IMG/VR virus record: IMGVR_UViG_3300010213_000001
Coordinates: 1 to 64,000 of that record
DNA from: a virus
Lineage: Duplodnaviria; Heunggongvirae; Uroviricota; Caudoviricetes
Length of the DNA stretch: 64,000 bases
Strand: one strand, 5' to 3'
The notes under the pieces were generated by a model. It was not told the origin of the DNA. It saw only the letters and a list, made by a program, of their open reading frames with translations, and did not search any database. Both the position numbers and the translations under genes were made by a program. Shown here in pieces: positions 50,106-60,403 of this stretch. Position 1 is the first letter of the stretch. Each line of letters begins with the position of its first letter.

Positions 50106-51011
50106 ATGAAAAATAATGAGATTAATAAATATCAGTTAGGTAATTTATTCCAGGGAATTTTATCTGGACAAGGCAGCAATTTCAACTCTATAGTAAATAG
50201 TCTAGGAAATATAGGTAATAACAAAACCAATACTGTAGACACTTCTAAATTAAATGCAGAAGAATTAAAGGCTATAAATGAGGGCACTGCTACTGAAGAA
50301 CAAATAAATACATGGATATCAGAAGGGAAATTGTCTGCTCAACAAGCTACGGAACTAACCAATAAAAGTAAAATGAATTTGGGAATGGGACTAGCAAACA
50401 GTATGGCTACATTTAGTGAATTGAATGCTGATGGCAATATAGATACTACAGATTTAGGGCAGACTGCTGGAGATTTTATTTCTGGTTCATCTCAATACGG
50501 ACAAATTGGAAAACAGATTGGTAATATAGCTACAAATATCATAGGTCAAGATAGAACTACTAATACATTAGGGGAAGGGGTTCAATCACAAAAAGCTGGT
50601 ATTACTGCAATGAATAAAGCTTTGGAATACACAGCAGCAGGCGCAGAATATGGAGGATTGCCTGGAGCTGCTATTGGAGCAGTAGCTGGAACTGCTATTG
50701 GATTAGCACAGGGTAATAAAGCAAGACAAGAAGCCGAGGAAGAGTTTCTTAAGAGAAGAAGAGAAAGATTGGATAGATTCAATGATTATTCTAAGAATCA
50801 ATATCTAGATCAATACACAAACCAAATGTTATATGCTAAAGATGGTGGAATTTATATTAAAGAAAGTAATAAAGGTAAGTTTACAGAATACTGTAAAAGA
50901 AGCGGCTACTCTAAAGTTACTGAAGATTGTATAAATAGAGCTAAGAAATCTAAGAATTCCAAATTAAGAAAGAGAGCAGTCTTTGCTGAAAATGTTAGAA
51001 AGTGGAACTAA
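50106..51011 (+). CDS. Putative internal/ejection protein with glycine zipper and crAss-type basic C-terminal domain
   Basis: GAAIGAVAGTAIG; YAKDGG followed by IYIKESNKGKFTEYC...RKRAVFAENVRKW. Confidence 0.7.
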   Translation: MKNNEINKYQLGNLFQGILSGQGSNFNSIVNSLGNIGNNKTNTVDTSKLNAEELKAINEGTATEEQINTWISEGKLSAQQATELTNKSKMNLGMGLANSMATFSELNADGNIDTTDLGQTAGDFISGSSQYGQIGKQIGNIATNIIGQDRTTNTLGEGVQSQKAGITAMNKALEYTAAGAEYGGLPGAAIGAVAGTAIGLAQGNKARQEAEEEFLKRRRERLDRFNDYSKNQYLDQYTNQMLYAKDGGIYIKESNKGKFTEYCKRSGYSKVTEDCINRAKKSKNSKLRKRAVFAENVRKWN

Positions 51012-51030
51012 AATAAAATAATTAATTTAT

Positions 51031-52872
51031 ATGAAAAAATGTAATACTGGATGTAATATCCAACAAGATGGTATTGATACAGATGTCTTGCATCTTATTC
51101 CAGAAGAGGTTTATGACTTAATGAAGAAGAGAGCTAGAATTAGATCGTCTAAACCATATAATGATAAACACAAAGAATGGTTAAAAAAGCAAGCTAATAA
51201 GAAAGGAGTTTCTTTAAGAGCATACTTAATAGGACTATCTAATGAAGTAGAACCTCATTTGATTGCTATAGAGAAAATGCAGCAAGGAGGCGAATTAGAT
51301 GATGATCTGTTAATGATAAGTGAAAACATTAATAATAGATTAAATCAAATTGCTGCTATGTATAATCAGCAAGTGCCAGACGCTACTTCCGCTAATACAA
51401 TAAACAAACAATATAAAAAAGGCGGTAAGATGAAGCCTATGTATCAAAGAGGCTCAGTTCTAGAACAATCTAGAGAAATGTTAGCAAAGAAAATAGATAG
51501 TCAAAGAGCAAGATTGTATGATGATAATATAGCTGCTAAAGAAGGATATCAATCTACAGGATTTATAAAAGTAGATAATCCATCAGAGATGTTGGAAGCT
51601 GACGCATGTTATATTGTAGAAAAAGGTAAAAAACCTAGAAAAGTAGATTGTTCTGTAAATGGAGCTGTTAAAGGAAATGCCCTAGAAACTAAGGATGGTG
51701 TTACTTATTATATGAGAGAGCAGACCAAGTATAGTACTAATAAAACAGATGGTAAATCTACTATAACAGATTGGCAATCTCCCGAGATATCTAATAGTAG
51801 TTCAAGAGGTGGAGAAGGTGACCCTGCTCCAGAAGAAGGTAAAGGAAAAGGCAAAGATAGTAGTAATAGAAGAGGATACAAGTGGGCTGTAGAAGGTGGA
51901 TGTGGATATTGTACAGGGAAAAATAAGCAGAATATGATAGTAAAAGATATAACAGATTTTGTCTCTTCTAATTCTAATATTAGTGCCTTTGTTGGAAGAC
52001 ATCTAAATGCTTTAGTTAGTAACTACAAGAAAGCTGGAGGTAAGGATACTGATACTATAGCTATTCCAATGGGAGATAATATGAAATCCTTTCAGCAAGC
52101 AGCAGAGATGGGCTGTTTTTGTGCTGTCTCAGGTAATATAAAGGTGGATACTCCTCCAACAGAAACTATAGAAGCTGATAGACAAGTAGATGTTATTAGT
52201 GAAGAAGAACCAAAACCTATTAAGGATAACATAAATAGAGCTTATCATTACTATGCTAAGATAGAGATTCCATATCCACAGGAAATTAATAATGGTAAAG
52301 GATTTAAAACTGATGTGGTATACTTCTCTGTAGTACCACAAATGAGTGGAAACAGTGTTCAGTCGTTAACCTTATCAAATTTAAGTGTTGGAGCTAATAC
52401 TTTACCTAAGGGACAAAGTTTAAGTGGAGGTATTAAAGAAGGAAATGTAATAAAAGGGAATGCTAATCTAGGCACTGTACGTTTACCTATGCCATCAAGT
52501 GATCAAATAGAATCTGTGTTTGGAAAACTTGAAAAAGGAATAAGAAAAGAGAATACAGCAGGATTAGATAATTACCTTAGAGAGCAAATAACTCAAAACT
52601 TAAATTCTAATTGGCTTGATAAAATAAAAGGATTTATAGAAGATAAAATAAGTAAATCGAAAGATGCTAATTTAGAAAGTCAAGAATTTGAAACTGGAGC
52701 TGATGGTAACTTGCAGAATAGAGCTACTCAACCTAAACTTCAACAAGGAGGACAGTATCCAATAGGTAAGGAGTTCCTTATAAGAAATAAGGATATGTTT
52801 AAAGAAAGAAACATTAAAGAATATATAAAGAATTACTCATCTAGAATAAGCCCAACTTATTTTAATCAATAA
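51031..52872 (+). CDS. Putative internal virion protein with several xxxGG motifs
   Basis: MQQGG, YKKGG, YQRGS, LQQGG; CGYC and CFC cysteine pairs. Confidence 0.65.
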   Translation: MKKCNTGCNIQQDGIDTDVLHLIPEEVYDLMKKRARIRSSKPYNDKHKEWLKKQANKKGVSLRAYLIGLSNEVEPHLIAIEKMQQGGELDDDLLMISENINNRLNQIAAMYNQQVPDATSANTINKQYKKGGKMKPMYQRGSVLEQSREMLAKKIDSQRARLYDDNIAAKEGYQSTGFIKVDNPSEMLEADACYIVEKGKKPRKVDCSVNGAVKGNALETKDGVTYYMREQTKYSTNKTDGKSTITDWQSPEISNSSSRGGEGDPAPEEGKGKGKDSSNRRGYKWAVEGGCGYCTGKNKQNMIVKDITDFVSSNSNISAFVGRHLNALVSNYKKAGGKDTDTIAIPMGDNMKSFQQAAEMGCFCAVSGNIKVDTPPTETIEADRQVDVISEEEPKPIKDNINRAYHYYAKIEIPYPQEINNGKGFKTDVVYFSVVPQMSGNSVQSLTLSNLSVGANTLPKGQSLSGGIKEGNVIKGNANLGTVRLPMPSSDQIESVFGKLEKGIRKENTAGLDNYLREQITQNLNSNWLDKIKGFIEDKISKSKDANLESQEFETGADGNLQNRATQPKLQQGGQYPIGKEFLIRNKDMFKERNIKEYIKNYSSRISPTYFNQ

Positions 52873-52877
52873 TAACA

Positions 52878-53201
52878 ATGAAATATAATATCTATAAGAA
52901 ATCTAATGTAATCCCTACTGGAGTTCTTCACAAAGAAAAAAATGACTTACCAGCATCTTTTAAACTAGGGACGAAAGGCATACCAATAGTATCTTGTGAT
53001 ATTAATACTAAAGTATGTGCTAAAGCTGCTGAAGTAGAGAAAGAAGAGTTAATAATCCATAGTGAATTATCTAAGGAGGTTGAGAGACTAGCTACATTGT
53101 ATTTATCTTCTAAAGATCCAAGAATAGCTCTAGATTTGGGAAAGCTTATGTACAATCAAATTAATAATAACACACAGGATTATAGTGGTAAATACAAATA
53201 G
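52878..53201 (+). CDS. crAss-like conserved protein
   Basis: NVIPTGVLH, KGIPIV, AEVEKEELI and LGKL pattern. Confidence 0.7.
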   Translation: MKYNIYKKSNVIPTGVLHKEKNDLPASFKLGTKGIPIVSCDINTKVCAKAAEVEKEELIIHSELSKEVERLATLYLSSKDPRIALDLGKLMYNQINNNTQDYSGKYK

Positions 53202-53209
53202 ATTATAAG

Positions 53210-53824
53210 ATGAAGAATAAAAGTAGATTAACAGCTGTAACTATAGGAGATAAGGAATATACATGTATTATTCCTCAATCTTCTAAAGAAGGATTATTAA
53301 ACTATAATAAAGGAGAATTAGGAGAATATGGAATGCTATTCTCTTTTCCTTCTAGAGACGTTACAATAACATCACATGGAATGAAATTCCCAATTAATAT
53401 AGTTATTATACAAGATTACAAGATAAAAGATATTATATATTTAACTCCTAATAATATACTTGAGACAGAAGGACAATATGCTGTAGAGTTTGATTCTATA
53501 GCAGATATTTCTTCTATTAAGAAGGGAGACACAGCCAAAATACTAAATTCAATGGGAGATACAGTAAAAGTAAGAGTACGTTTACCAAAACACGAAGCAG
53601 GAGGTCAGCCTCACTATCAAGATACATTCTTACTAGATGAGAAAGGACACGTACAAATGATATTACATGGTAAAGAGAGAATTTTTAGTAGAGAGCATAC
53701 TAACAAAATTATGAATTTAGTAAGCAAAAAGCCTACAATTGAGAATCTCATGAAGCTTGGACAATTAGTAGCTAACATAGTAAAGATACATTCTGAGCAA
53801 AAACAAGAGTATGTTGAAGAATAA
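53210..53824 (+). CDS. DUF192-like domain protein with crAss-type C-terminal domain
   Basis: KEGL...GMLFSF....MKFPINIVII, then HEAGG, then LDEKGHVQM.L.GKERIFSR. Confidence 0.7.
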   Translation: MKNKSRLTAVTIGDKEYTCIIPQSSKEGLLNYNKGELGEYGMLFSFPSRDVTITSHGMKFPINIVIIQDYKIKDIIYLTPNNILETEGQYAVEFDSIADISSIKKGDTAKILNSMGDTVKVRVRLPKHEAGGQPHYQDTFLLDEKGHVQMILHGKERIFSREHTNKIMNLVSKKPTIENLMKLGQLVANIVKIHSEQKQEYVEE

Positions 53825-53887
53825 TTTATCTTTATAATTGTATTTTATTAAATTTATATACAATAAGAAATTTTAACAAATTAAATA

Positions 53888-54316
53888 ATGAAACTAGTAG
53901 CAACAAATCCTAATAAATTTAAAGCTAATGCTTACGCAGCATATGACTTTATAAACAACAGAAGAAGTGTTCCTTTATATCAAGCTGGAGGAGTGGCTCC
54001 AGATCCTGAAATGGCTCCTGATGCACAACCAGCTCAACCAGATGTTCAAACTTTAATGCAAGAGTTTAGTCAGACTCAAGATCCAAATATTGCAATTCAG
54101 ATATTGCAGATGTTGGCTCAACCTGAAACAGCAGCTCAAGCAGTAAGTATGCTAATGCAGGCAATGCAATCTCAAACTACAGAGGCAGCTCCAGCTGAGC
54201 CAGGTACTGAAGTACCAGCAGCTGCTAATGGAATGAGTTTAGATGATTTAAAGTTAGAGAATTCTCTATTTGATAGAATATATAAAGAAGTAACAGGAAA
54301 AACTTTAAAGAAATAA
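53888..54316 (+). CDS. Gln/Ala/Pro-rich putative internal virion protein
   Basis: YQAGG followed by a low-complexity segment and QDPNIAIQILQML. Confidence 0.7.
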   Translation: MKLVATNPNKFKANAYAAYDFINNRRSVPLYQAGGVAPDPEMAPDAQPAQPDVQTLMQEFSQTQDPNIAIQILQMLAQPETAAQAVSMLMQAMQSQTTEAAPAEPGTEVPAAANGMSLDDLKLENSLFDRIYKEVTGKTLKK

Positions 54317-54322
54317 TTAATA

Positions 54323-55069
54323 ATGAGTACTCACCCTATGGATATTGGAAACTTTTCAGATTGGGCAGTTATATTCTTATTAGTTAAAGAAATATTTAAT
54401 TGGATTAAGCAAAGTAAATTTGAATTAGTTTTAAAAACTGTTTTAGATCATTTTGCCGATAGACGTAACCAAAAGAATAAATTATCTGATAAGTATATTA
54501 AAGAATTATCTGGTAAAGTATCAGAGCTAGAAGAAGCTAATTCCCACTTATATAAAGAGTTAAAAAAGTCCTCTAGTATTGATAGGGTGCTAGATGCTAT
54601 AAGAGATAAGTATAACTTTAGACGAGCTTATACTATAATATTTAGCAATGGTACAGTTGATCTAGCAGGAGCAGGAATTTTCTATTACTCTATAGTAAAT
54701 GAATGTAGTATATACCATGAGCCACCTATTAAATCTTTATATAATAAGAAATCTTTATCTGAGATATCATCTTGGATAAATCAAGTTAAAGATGTAAAAA
54801 TATGGGACAGCAATTCATATATAGATGAAGATACAACAGTAAAAATATCATCAGATATAAAGGATTATATGTTGGTACACTCTATAGATAGATTAATTGC
54901 AGCTCCTATATTTCTAAATAATATATTAATAGGGGCTTTATGCTTAGAAATAAAATCATATAGCTCATTTCCAAACACTACAATGAGGAAAAATTCTTAC
55001 GAGGAAGCTCTATCAGATATACTATTACATAAACATACTATTGAAGCTATTTATCAAAAATATAAATAA
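54323..55069 (+). CDS. Putative holin (N-terminal hydrophobic helix plus GAF-like domain)
   Basis: WAVIFLLVKEIF segment, coiled coil, GAF-like LIAAPIFLNNILIGALCLE; adjacent to a putative endolysin. Confidence 0.55.
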   Translation: MSTHPMDIGNFSDWAVIFLLVKEIFNWIKQSKFELVLKTVLDHFADRRNQKNKLSDKYIKELSGKVSELEEANSHLYKELKKSSSIDRVLDAIRDKYNFRRAYTIIFSNGTVDLAGAGIFYYSIVNECSIYHEPPIKSLYNKKSLSEISSWINQVKDVKIWDSNSYIDEDTTVKISSDIKDYMLVHSIDRLIAAPIFLNNILIGALCLEIKSYSSFPNTTMRKNSYEEALSDILLHKHTIEAIYQKYK

Positions 55070-55075
55070 TAAATT

Positions 55076-55996
55076 ATGAGTTGGTGGAGGAAATTACTAG
55101 AAAAACTTAACATCGTAAAAAAGAAAGAATCTATTAAAACAAAAGAGTCGGCAGATGTTGTTGAAGAATCTGTTAATGATACTGAAGATGATAAAGAAGA
55201 TATTACTGAAAATACAGTTGAAGAAGATAAAGACAGTGAAATTGTTCCTGAAATAGTAGATGAAAATACTACACCAGTTACAAATTTAAATATGGAGCAG
55301 CTTTTATCTTTGTGTGAGAGTGATATAGAGTATATAAAAAATAATGCCATATTAGATAAGTTATTTACTAATATTGTTGATTTTTCAATTAAAAACGAAT
55401 ATACTATATTCTCAGATAATACATACAACTATAATATAAACCTATGGTTTATAAGAAACAGTAGTGTAACAGAGGATGCTTTTAATGATGTAGTTTTTGT
55501 TTTCTATAAAGAGTCAATAACAAATATATGGAAAGGTAAATTGTTTAGATTAACTACTAATCCAGGATTATACTATCTTAATAATCCAGCACATAAAGAT
55601 GGTACAGCTATAATAGCTCCAGGACAATATATTGGAACTCATAAGATAGATATTCATAGAAGAAATACATCATCAGCACATGAAGCGTTGTGCCATAGAC
55701 GTGGTATAGTTAAAGTGTTTAGAGATAATAATATGGATTCTGTACTAGACATATCTGGAAGTATATACTTAAATGGTGCTGGATTAAACTGTCATCAACC
55801 TACTGTGTACTCAGAAAATACTGGTAAAGTAAATAGAAGCTCAGCTGGTTGTTTAGTACATAGAACTAGAAAACAGTTTGATTCTAAACAAGACTTAAAA
55901 ACAGAGAATACATTTATGGGATTACTAAGATTGTCAGTAGATAATTGGGGAGAATGGGTTAGTATAACTTTAATAGAGTCAAATAAACTAATGTAA
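55076..55996 (+). CDS. Putative endolysin with L,D-transpeptidase-like His/Cys motif
   Basis: TTNPG, GTAII.PGQY, VFRDNN.D and GLNCH...NRSSAGCLV (H-x14-SAGC); acidic N-terminal extension. Confidence 0.65.
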   Translation: MSWWRKLLEKLNIVKKKESIKTKESADVVEESVNDTEDDKEDITENTVEEDKDSEIVPEIVDENTTPVTNLNMEQLLSLCESDIEYIKNNAILDKLFTNIVDFSIKNEYTIFSDNTYNYNINLWFIRNSSVTEDAFNDVVFVFYKESITNIWKGKLFRLTTNPGLYYLNNPAHKDGTAIIAPGQYIGTHKIDIHRRNTSSAHEALCHRRGIVKVFRDNNMDSVLDISGSIYLNGAGLNCHQPTVYSENTGKVNRSSAGCLVHRTRKQFDSKQDLKTENTFMGLLRLSVDNWGEWVSITLIESNKLM

Positions 55997-56045
55997 TTTG
56001 CTCAATATATTACTCAAATTATGATAATGATATAATACTTCATAC

Positions 56046-56076
56046 ACAGAATAACAATATTGTTATTCTGTTTTTT
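56046..56076 (+). terminator. Palindromic terminator after the lysis genes
   Basis: ACAGAATAACAATATTGTTATTCTGT followed by a T run. Confidence 0.7.
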
Positions 56077-56116
56077 GTTTAAATTTATAAACTAGTAATA
56101 TAACTAGATAATTAAT

Positions 56117-57931
56117 ATGAAAAAAACTAATAAAAGAATCCCTAAACATGAAAAGGGAGCAGTAATAAAACAAAAGCTAGTTGATTGGTTGAATAAGAAT
56201 GGCTCGTCTATATCTAGAATAGAGGCTGCTGAATTAAGAAAAGGTATTGAGGATCTAAATCCCGATATGTTTTATTCTATAAATGAAGACAAAGAAGGCT
56301 ACTTAACTTTTAAACAAGATGATTCTGGAAAATGGAATGAGTCTTCTGATTTTGGAGCTGGTATTTATAAAAAAGATGGTAAGTTATCAAGGAACAGAAG
56401 TGGATTTCTTCAAACTCTGTCAGGCAACAGAAAGTATGCAGCCTATGGAGGTAGAGAAAACCCTAGAAGAATAAAAGATGCTTTAATTAAGGCTAAGGAG
56501 CTTAATATATTACGCAACATTAAGGATGAAGAAGGTCAATCAAAGAGTACTGATACTACAGGCAATTCTAATGCTGCTACTAGTATAGATGATTTAATAG
56601 GAACTACTCCAACTAATGTTCTAAATAAAAACGGTATTGATTACGTTACTGTTGATGGTCAAGAGATACCTGTTAAGATAGGACCAGATGGTAAAATACA
56701 AAGTATAATCGCAATAGAGGATGTTGCTATTGATGCTGTAGAAGGAACAGGACAAGATGCAAAATTTAAAGATGGGATAGATCCATATACTACAGGAGTA
56801 GACTTATTTGATGAGTCTAGCAATAATCAAGACGCCTCCACATCAGACACTATACCTACTGATGAAGAAGGGAATATTGTATTTACAGACGGTAGACTAT
56901 TTCAAAAGTATCTTATAGATAAAGCTAAGGCAGCTAACATGACCGTTACAGGTAGAATGTTAGGAGTAAAGACTGCAGTTGATACCCACAATGGAGTTCC
57001 TATAGATGGTAAAGTTGGAGATTTAACTATGGCATTAGCAACTAAGTTAGGAGTTGCTGATAAGTGGAAAGGTAATATGTTTAAGAATAAAAAAGTAACT
57101 GTTACACAAGATTCTCCTCAGAATGTTGATGAAGATATTAGTGATGATCCAATTAAAGATAAAGATACTAAATTAAAAGAGATAGAAGATGAAGTAAAAA
57201 GAATAATAGATCCTACTAGCGCACAATATGGATATGTTAAAAGACTACAAGAGTTATTTACTGAGTATGCTAATTTAACTGGTAAGTTTTATCCCAACGC
57301 TGACACACTTCTTAAGATGACTGAACAAGCTAGTAAGACTGAAGATTCTCCAACTTTAGAAGCCAAGATAAGAGATAATAACATGGATCGTGTAAATCAT
57401 GAAGGCAGGATACAATATGGTAATACAGATGATCTTAGATATAAGTTCAGACCAGACATATATACTGGAAGTCAAGGTACTAGCAATACATCCACATCAT
57501 CTACTTCAGTAGACCTTAATCAAGGAAAGCAGATAACTAAAGGTAGTGAATTATTTCCCTTTTTTGGTATAAAGTCAGGAGAATATTCTAAAGAAGATAA
57601 ACAAAAAGACATAGATACACTAAATAAGAAAATAGAAGGATTATCTAGATTTAAAGACAGTAATCCTAAAGCATATGAACAAAGTCTAACTAAACTTCTA
57701 AAAGAATATAAGGAACTAACTGGGCAAGACCATCCTGTAGCATCTATGAAAACTGGAGGTGTTGTAAGTAAGTATGAGAATGGAGGCAGTTTAGACCTAT
57801 CTTATTTAGATGATCTATTAAGTTTCTCAACTAGTTATGAATCTGGCAGCCTACAAGATTACTTTAATAAAAAGAGTGCAAGAAAGGAGGAGTCACAACC
57901 AGTAAATTTTACCAAGAAGGGGGCTCTCTAA
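56117..57931 (+). CDS. Putative ejection/cargo protein, 0-frame product (604 aa)
   Basis: HEKGA, MKTGG and YENGG motifs; peptidoglycan-binding-like IDGKVGDLT; stops just after a slippery site. Confidence 0.75.
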   Translation: MKKTNKRIPKHEKGAVIKQKLVDWLNKNGSSISRIEAAELRKGIEDLNPDMFYSINEDKEGYLTFKQDDSGKWNESSDFGAGIYKKDGKLSRNRSGFLQTLSGNRKYAAYGGRENPRRIKDALIKAKELNILRNIKDEEGQSKSTDTTGNSNAATSIDDLIGTTPTNVLNKNGIDYVTVDGQEIPVKIGPDGKIQSIIAIEDVAIDAVEGTGQDAKFKDGIDPYTTGVDLFDESSNNQDASTSDTIPTDEEGNIVFTDGRLFQKYLIDKAKAANMTVTGRMLGVKTAVDTHNGVPIDGKVGDLTMALATKLGVADKWKGNMFKNKKVTVTQDSPQNVDEDISDDPIKDKDTKLKEIEDEVKRIIDPTSAQYGYVKRLQELFTEYANLTGKFYPNADTLLKMTEQASKTEDSPTLEAKIRDNNMDRVNHEGRIQYGNTDDLRYKFRPDIYTGSQGTSNTSTSSTSVDLNQGKQITKGSELFPFFGIKSGEYSKEDKQKDIDTLNKKIEGLSRFKDSNPKAYEQSLTKLLKEYKELTGQDHPVASMKTGGVVSKYENGGSLDLSYLDDLLSFSTSYESGSLQDYFNKKSARKEESQPVNFTKKGAL

Positions 57932-57938
57932 AGCTCCC
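57904..57938 (+). other. Putative programmed -1 ribosomal frameshift signal
   Basis: In-frame heptamer A AAT TTT (57904-57910), 8-nt spacer, GC-rich hairpin GGGGGCT-CTCTAA-AGCTCCC (57919-57938); the -1 frame is open into ORF 57958-59520. Confidence 0.8.
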
Positions 57939-59520
57939 GAATACTTCCATTAAATATGTGAAGTATGATAAAGGTGGTAAGGTGCTAAGAGGTAGTCCAT
58001 ATTATGATACTGTATTAGACAAAATAATAAATCCAAGTGATAAAGTTTATAATCCTGAATCATATAGTGCTATTCCAGTAAGTGAAATGGAGAAGTTCAA
58101 AGCTAATAGAGACAATAGAATGCAGCCTAAGGATATTCTCAATCCAAATAATGATAAAACTAAGTTATTAGGAAATGATAATAAAGAGAGAGAACTTGAT
58201 ATCTTATCACCTAATAAAACTTCTGATTTGGAAAATGTAGGTGGTTTATCGCCTAATGATAATACTAGAGAATTGGATAGAAAGGGCTCAAGTTTTGAGA
58301 ATACCGGCAACAGACAAAATCAAGATATAGCTAACAAAGTTAATTATGGAACTGGGTTAGACCATACTACTGCTCAATATGTAACTGCCATAGGAACATC
58401 AGCTGCCAATTTTGGATATGTCCCACAAAGAAAGAATGTAAAAAGAAATGTATTTATTAGTGATATAGAAAAGAAAGCTTACAATTCTTTGCAAAATAAG
58501 ATGAATCAGCAATTTGCTGATCAAAGATCTAGGACACCTAAGACTAGTGATGCTACATTGAATACTCTATCTCAACAAGCGACAACAGAGAATGCATATC
58601 AACAAAATCTAAGCTTAGCACAGTCAGAAGCTCAAGATATTAATAGACAGAAAGATTTACAATATGGACAACGTATGCAAGCTGATGCACAAAGAGTAGC
58701 AGAATTAAATCAAAGCATTGCTATTGATAATGCAGAAGCACTAGCTAAAGATAAAGCTAAAGATATGTTTAGAACTACTGTAGCTCAGACTACTATGGAT
58801 TATGCAGATACTAAGAAACTTGAAAAGGAACAACAAAGACAATTAGCTGAGAATTTATTTATTAGTAAACAGAACCAAGAAATTGAAAAACAAATATCTG
58901 AATTATCAAACAAGAAAGCTAAATTATTAGGACCTGCTACACAAAGAGATAGAATTAACTATGCTTTGTCTATAGGTCAAATAGACGATGCTCAAGTACA
59001 AATAGCAGCTAAGAATGCCATAGATCAATTTAATACATTATATCCAGAAGATAAAGTATCCGACTTCGCATCTCTGGATTCAGCTTTAACACAAAAAATA
59101 AATGATTTAGATACTGAGATGGGGAATCTTAGAGAAGCTGCTAATAATAATGCTTTAGAGATAAGAGCTAAGGGTGCGTTAGTTCAAGGATATCAGTATG
59201 CTCCAACAAGTAACCAATACGGACATTTGAATAATTCATCAACAGGACAGCAATTCAATCCTAATAATCCAATTGGAAAACAATTGTTTAAGAAAGGTGG
59301 TAAGACTAAATCAGATTATCAATTTGAAGCTTATAAACATGAATTGAGAAAAGAAGCAGCAAGAAGTAAGGAAGAAATGAAATATGATAATGCTGCTAAA
59401 ATAGAACAGTTAAAAATTTCAATGAAAATAGCAGAGAATAATATAAGAAATTTTACTAAATCAATAGAAGCTTACAATAAAGATATACATAATATATATA
59501 ATAAGGGCAAGAATAAGTAA
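57910..59520 (+). CDS. -1 frame extension of the 56117 protein (Gln/Ala-rich coiled coil); predicted fusion about 1134 aa
   Basis: Begins YQEGGSLKLPNTSIKYVKYDKGG; only a GTG is available for independent initiation; FKKGG near the C-terminus. Confidence 0.75.
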   Translation, partial: YQEGGSLKLPNTSIKYVKYDKGGKVLRGSPYYDTVLDKIINPSDKVYNPESYSAIPVSEMEKFKANRDNRMQPKDILNPNNDKTKLLGNDNKERELDILSPNKTSDLENVGGLSPNDNTRELDRKGSSFENTGNRQNQDIANKVNYGTGLDHTTAQYVTAIGTSAANFGYVPQRKNVKRNVFISDIEKKAYNSLQNKMNQQFADQRSRTPKTSDATLNTLSQQATTENAYQQNLSLAQSEAQDINRQKDLQYGQRMQADAQRVAELNQSIAIDNAEALAKDKAKDMFRTTVAQTTMDYADTKKLEKEQQRQLAENLFISKQNQEIEKQISELSNKKAKLLGPATQRDRINYALSIGQIDDAQVQIAAKNAIDQFNTLYPEDKVSDFASLDSALTQKINDLDTEMGNLREAANNNALEIRAKGALVQGYQYAPTSNQYGHLNNSSTGQQFNPNNPIGKQLFKKGGKTKSDYQFEAYKHELRKEAARSKEEMKYDNAAKIEQLKISMKIAENNIRNFTKSIEAYNKDIHNIYNKGKNK

Positions 59521-59575
59521 TTTTTATTTAAATTTAAATACAATAACAACAATTAATAATTAATTATTTTAATAA

Positions 59576-59923
59576 ATGGAGACAACTAATATGGAGCCAG
59601 GAATGGACATGGAACAAAATATGCAACAGCCTATGATGCATCCTGGAGAAATAATCATAGCTGCTGCTGAAGAACTAGCAGATAAATATCTTAAATTAAA
59701 AGTTAAATATTTGGCTAAAGAGATAGAAGAAGAATATTCAGGAGAGAGTTCTGATGAAATGGAAGAGCCTATTGATCATAAGTTAATGAAATGCTTAGAT
59801 TTTACAACTAATATCATGCGTGTTATTACGGATCATGTTAATATGTTAGCAGGAGGAATGCCGCAAGAAGATGATTTTGAAGAAGAAGCTATTGAAGAGG
59901 ACGACGAAGAATTTGTAGATTAA
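59576..59923 (+). CDS. Acidic Met/Glu-rich hypothetical protein
   Basis: 115-aa ORF with AT-rich leader and a downstream terminator. Confidence 0.7.
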   Translation: METTNMEPGMDMEQNMQQPMMHPGEIIIAAAEELADKYLKLKVKYLAKEIEEEYSGESSDEMEEPIDHKLMKCLDFTTNIMRVITDHVNMLAGGMPQEDDFEEEAIEEDDEEFVD

Positions 59924-59958
59924 TACTAGGCTACACAACCTTAATAATAGATATTAGT

Positions 59959-59989
59959 AAAAGAGTAATAAATTTATTACTCTTTTTTT
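59959..59989 (+). terminator. Palindromic terminator
   Basis: AAAAGAGTAATAAA/TTTATTACTCTTTT followed by a T run. Confidence 0.7.
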
Positions 59990-60010
59990 ATTTATAACAA
60001 ATACAATAAT

Positions 60011-60403
60011 ATGGCAACCAATAAGAAAAACCTTAAACCTACTAATACTAGATCTGGCAATACTAAAGCTAAAGGCGCAAACTTCAAGAAAGAAGAAATA
60101 ATATCAGTATCAGATAAGCTACTAACAACAATACAAGAGTCCAACAAGAAGCTAGTGGATGTTATCCATTTACTACTAAAACTTAAAGAAGATCAAGATA
60201 TCTATGTAGTTAATGTTGGAGACGACAATACTAAGTGGTCATTCATAATATCAGATGTAGAAGATCCAGCTAAAGATATAAAGTTTAGAGTTGATTATGA
60301 ATTCAACCCACTTGAACTTGAAGTTAGTATTATAAACACAATACTTATAAGTCAACTAGAGCTAATAATTAAAAGTAGTGTACAACCTTCTAAAGTCCTA
60401 TAA
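60011..60403 (+). CDS. Hypothetical protein
   Basis: 130-aa ORF; hairpin AAAGTCCTATAA/TATAGGACTTT overlaps its stop. Confidence 0.65.
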   Translation: MATNKKNLKPTNTRSGNTKAKGANFKKEEIISVSDKLLTTIQESNKKLVDVIHLLLKLKEDQDIYVVNVGDDNTKWSFIISDVEDPAKDIKFRVDYEFNPLELEVSIINTILISQLELIIKSSVQPSKVL

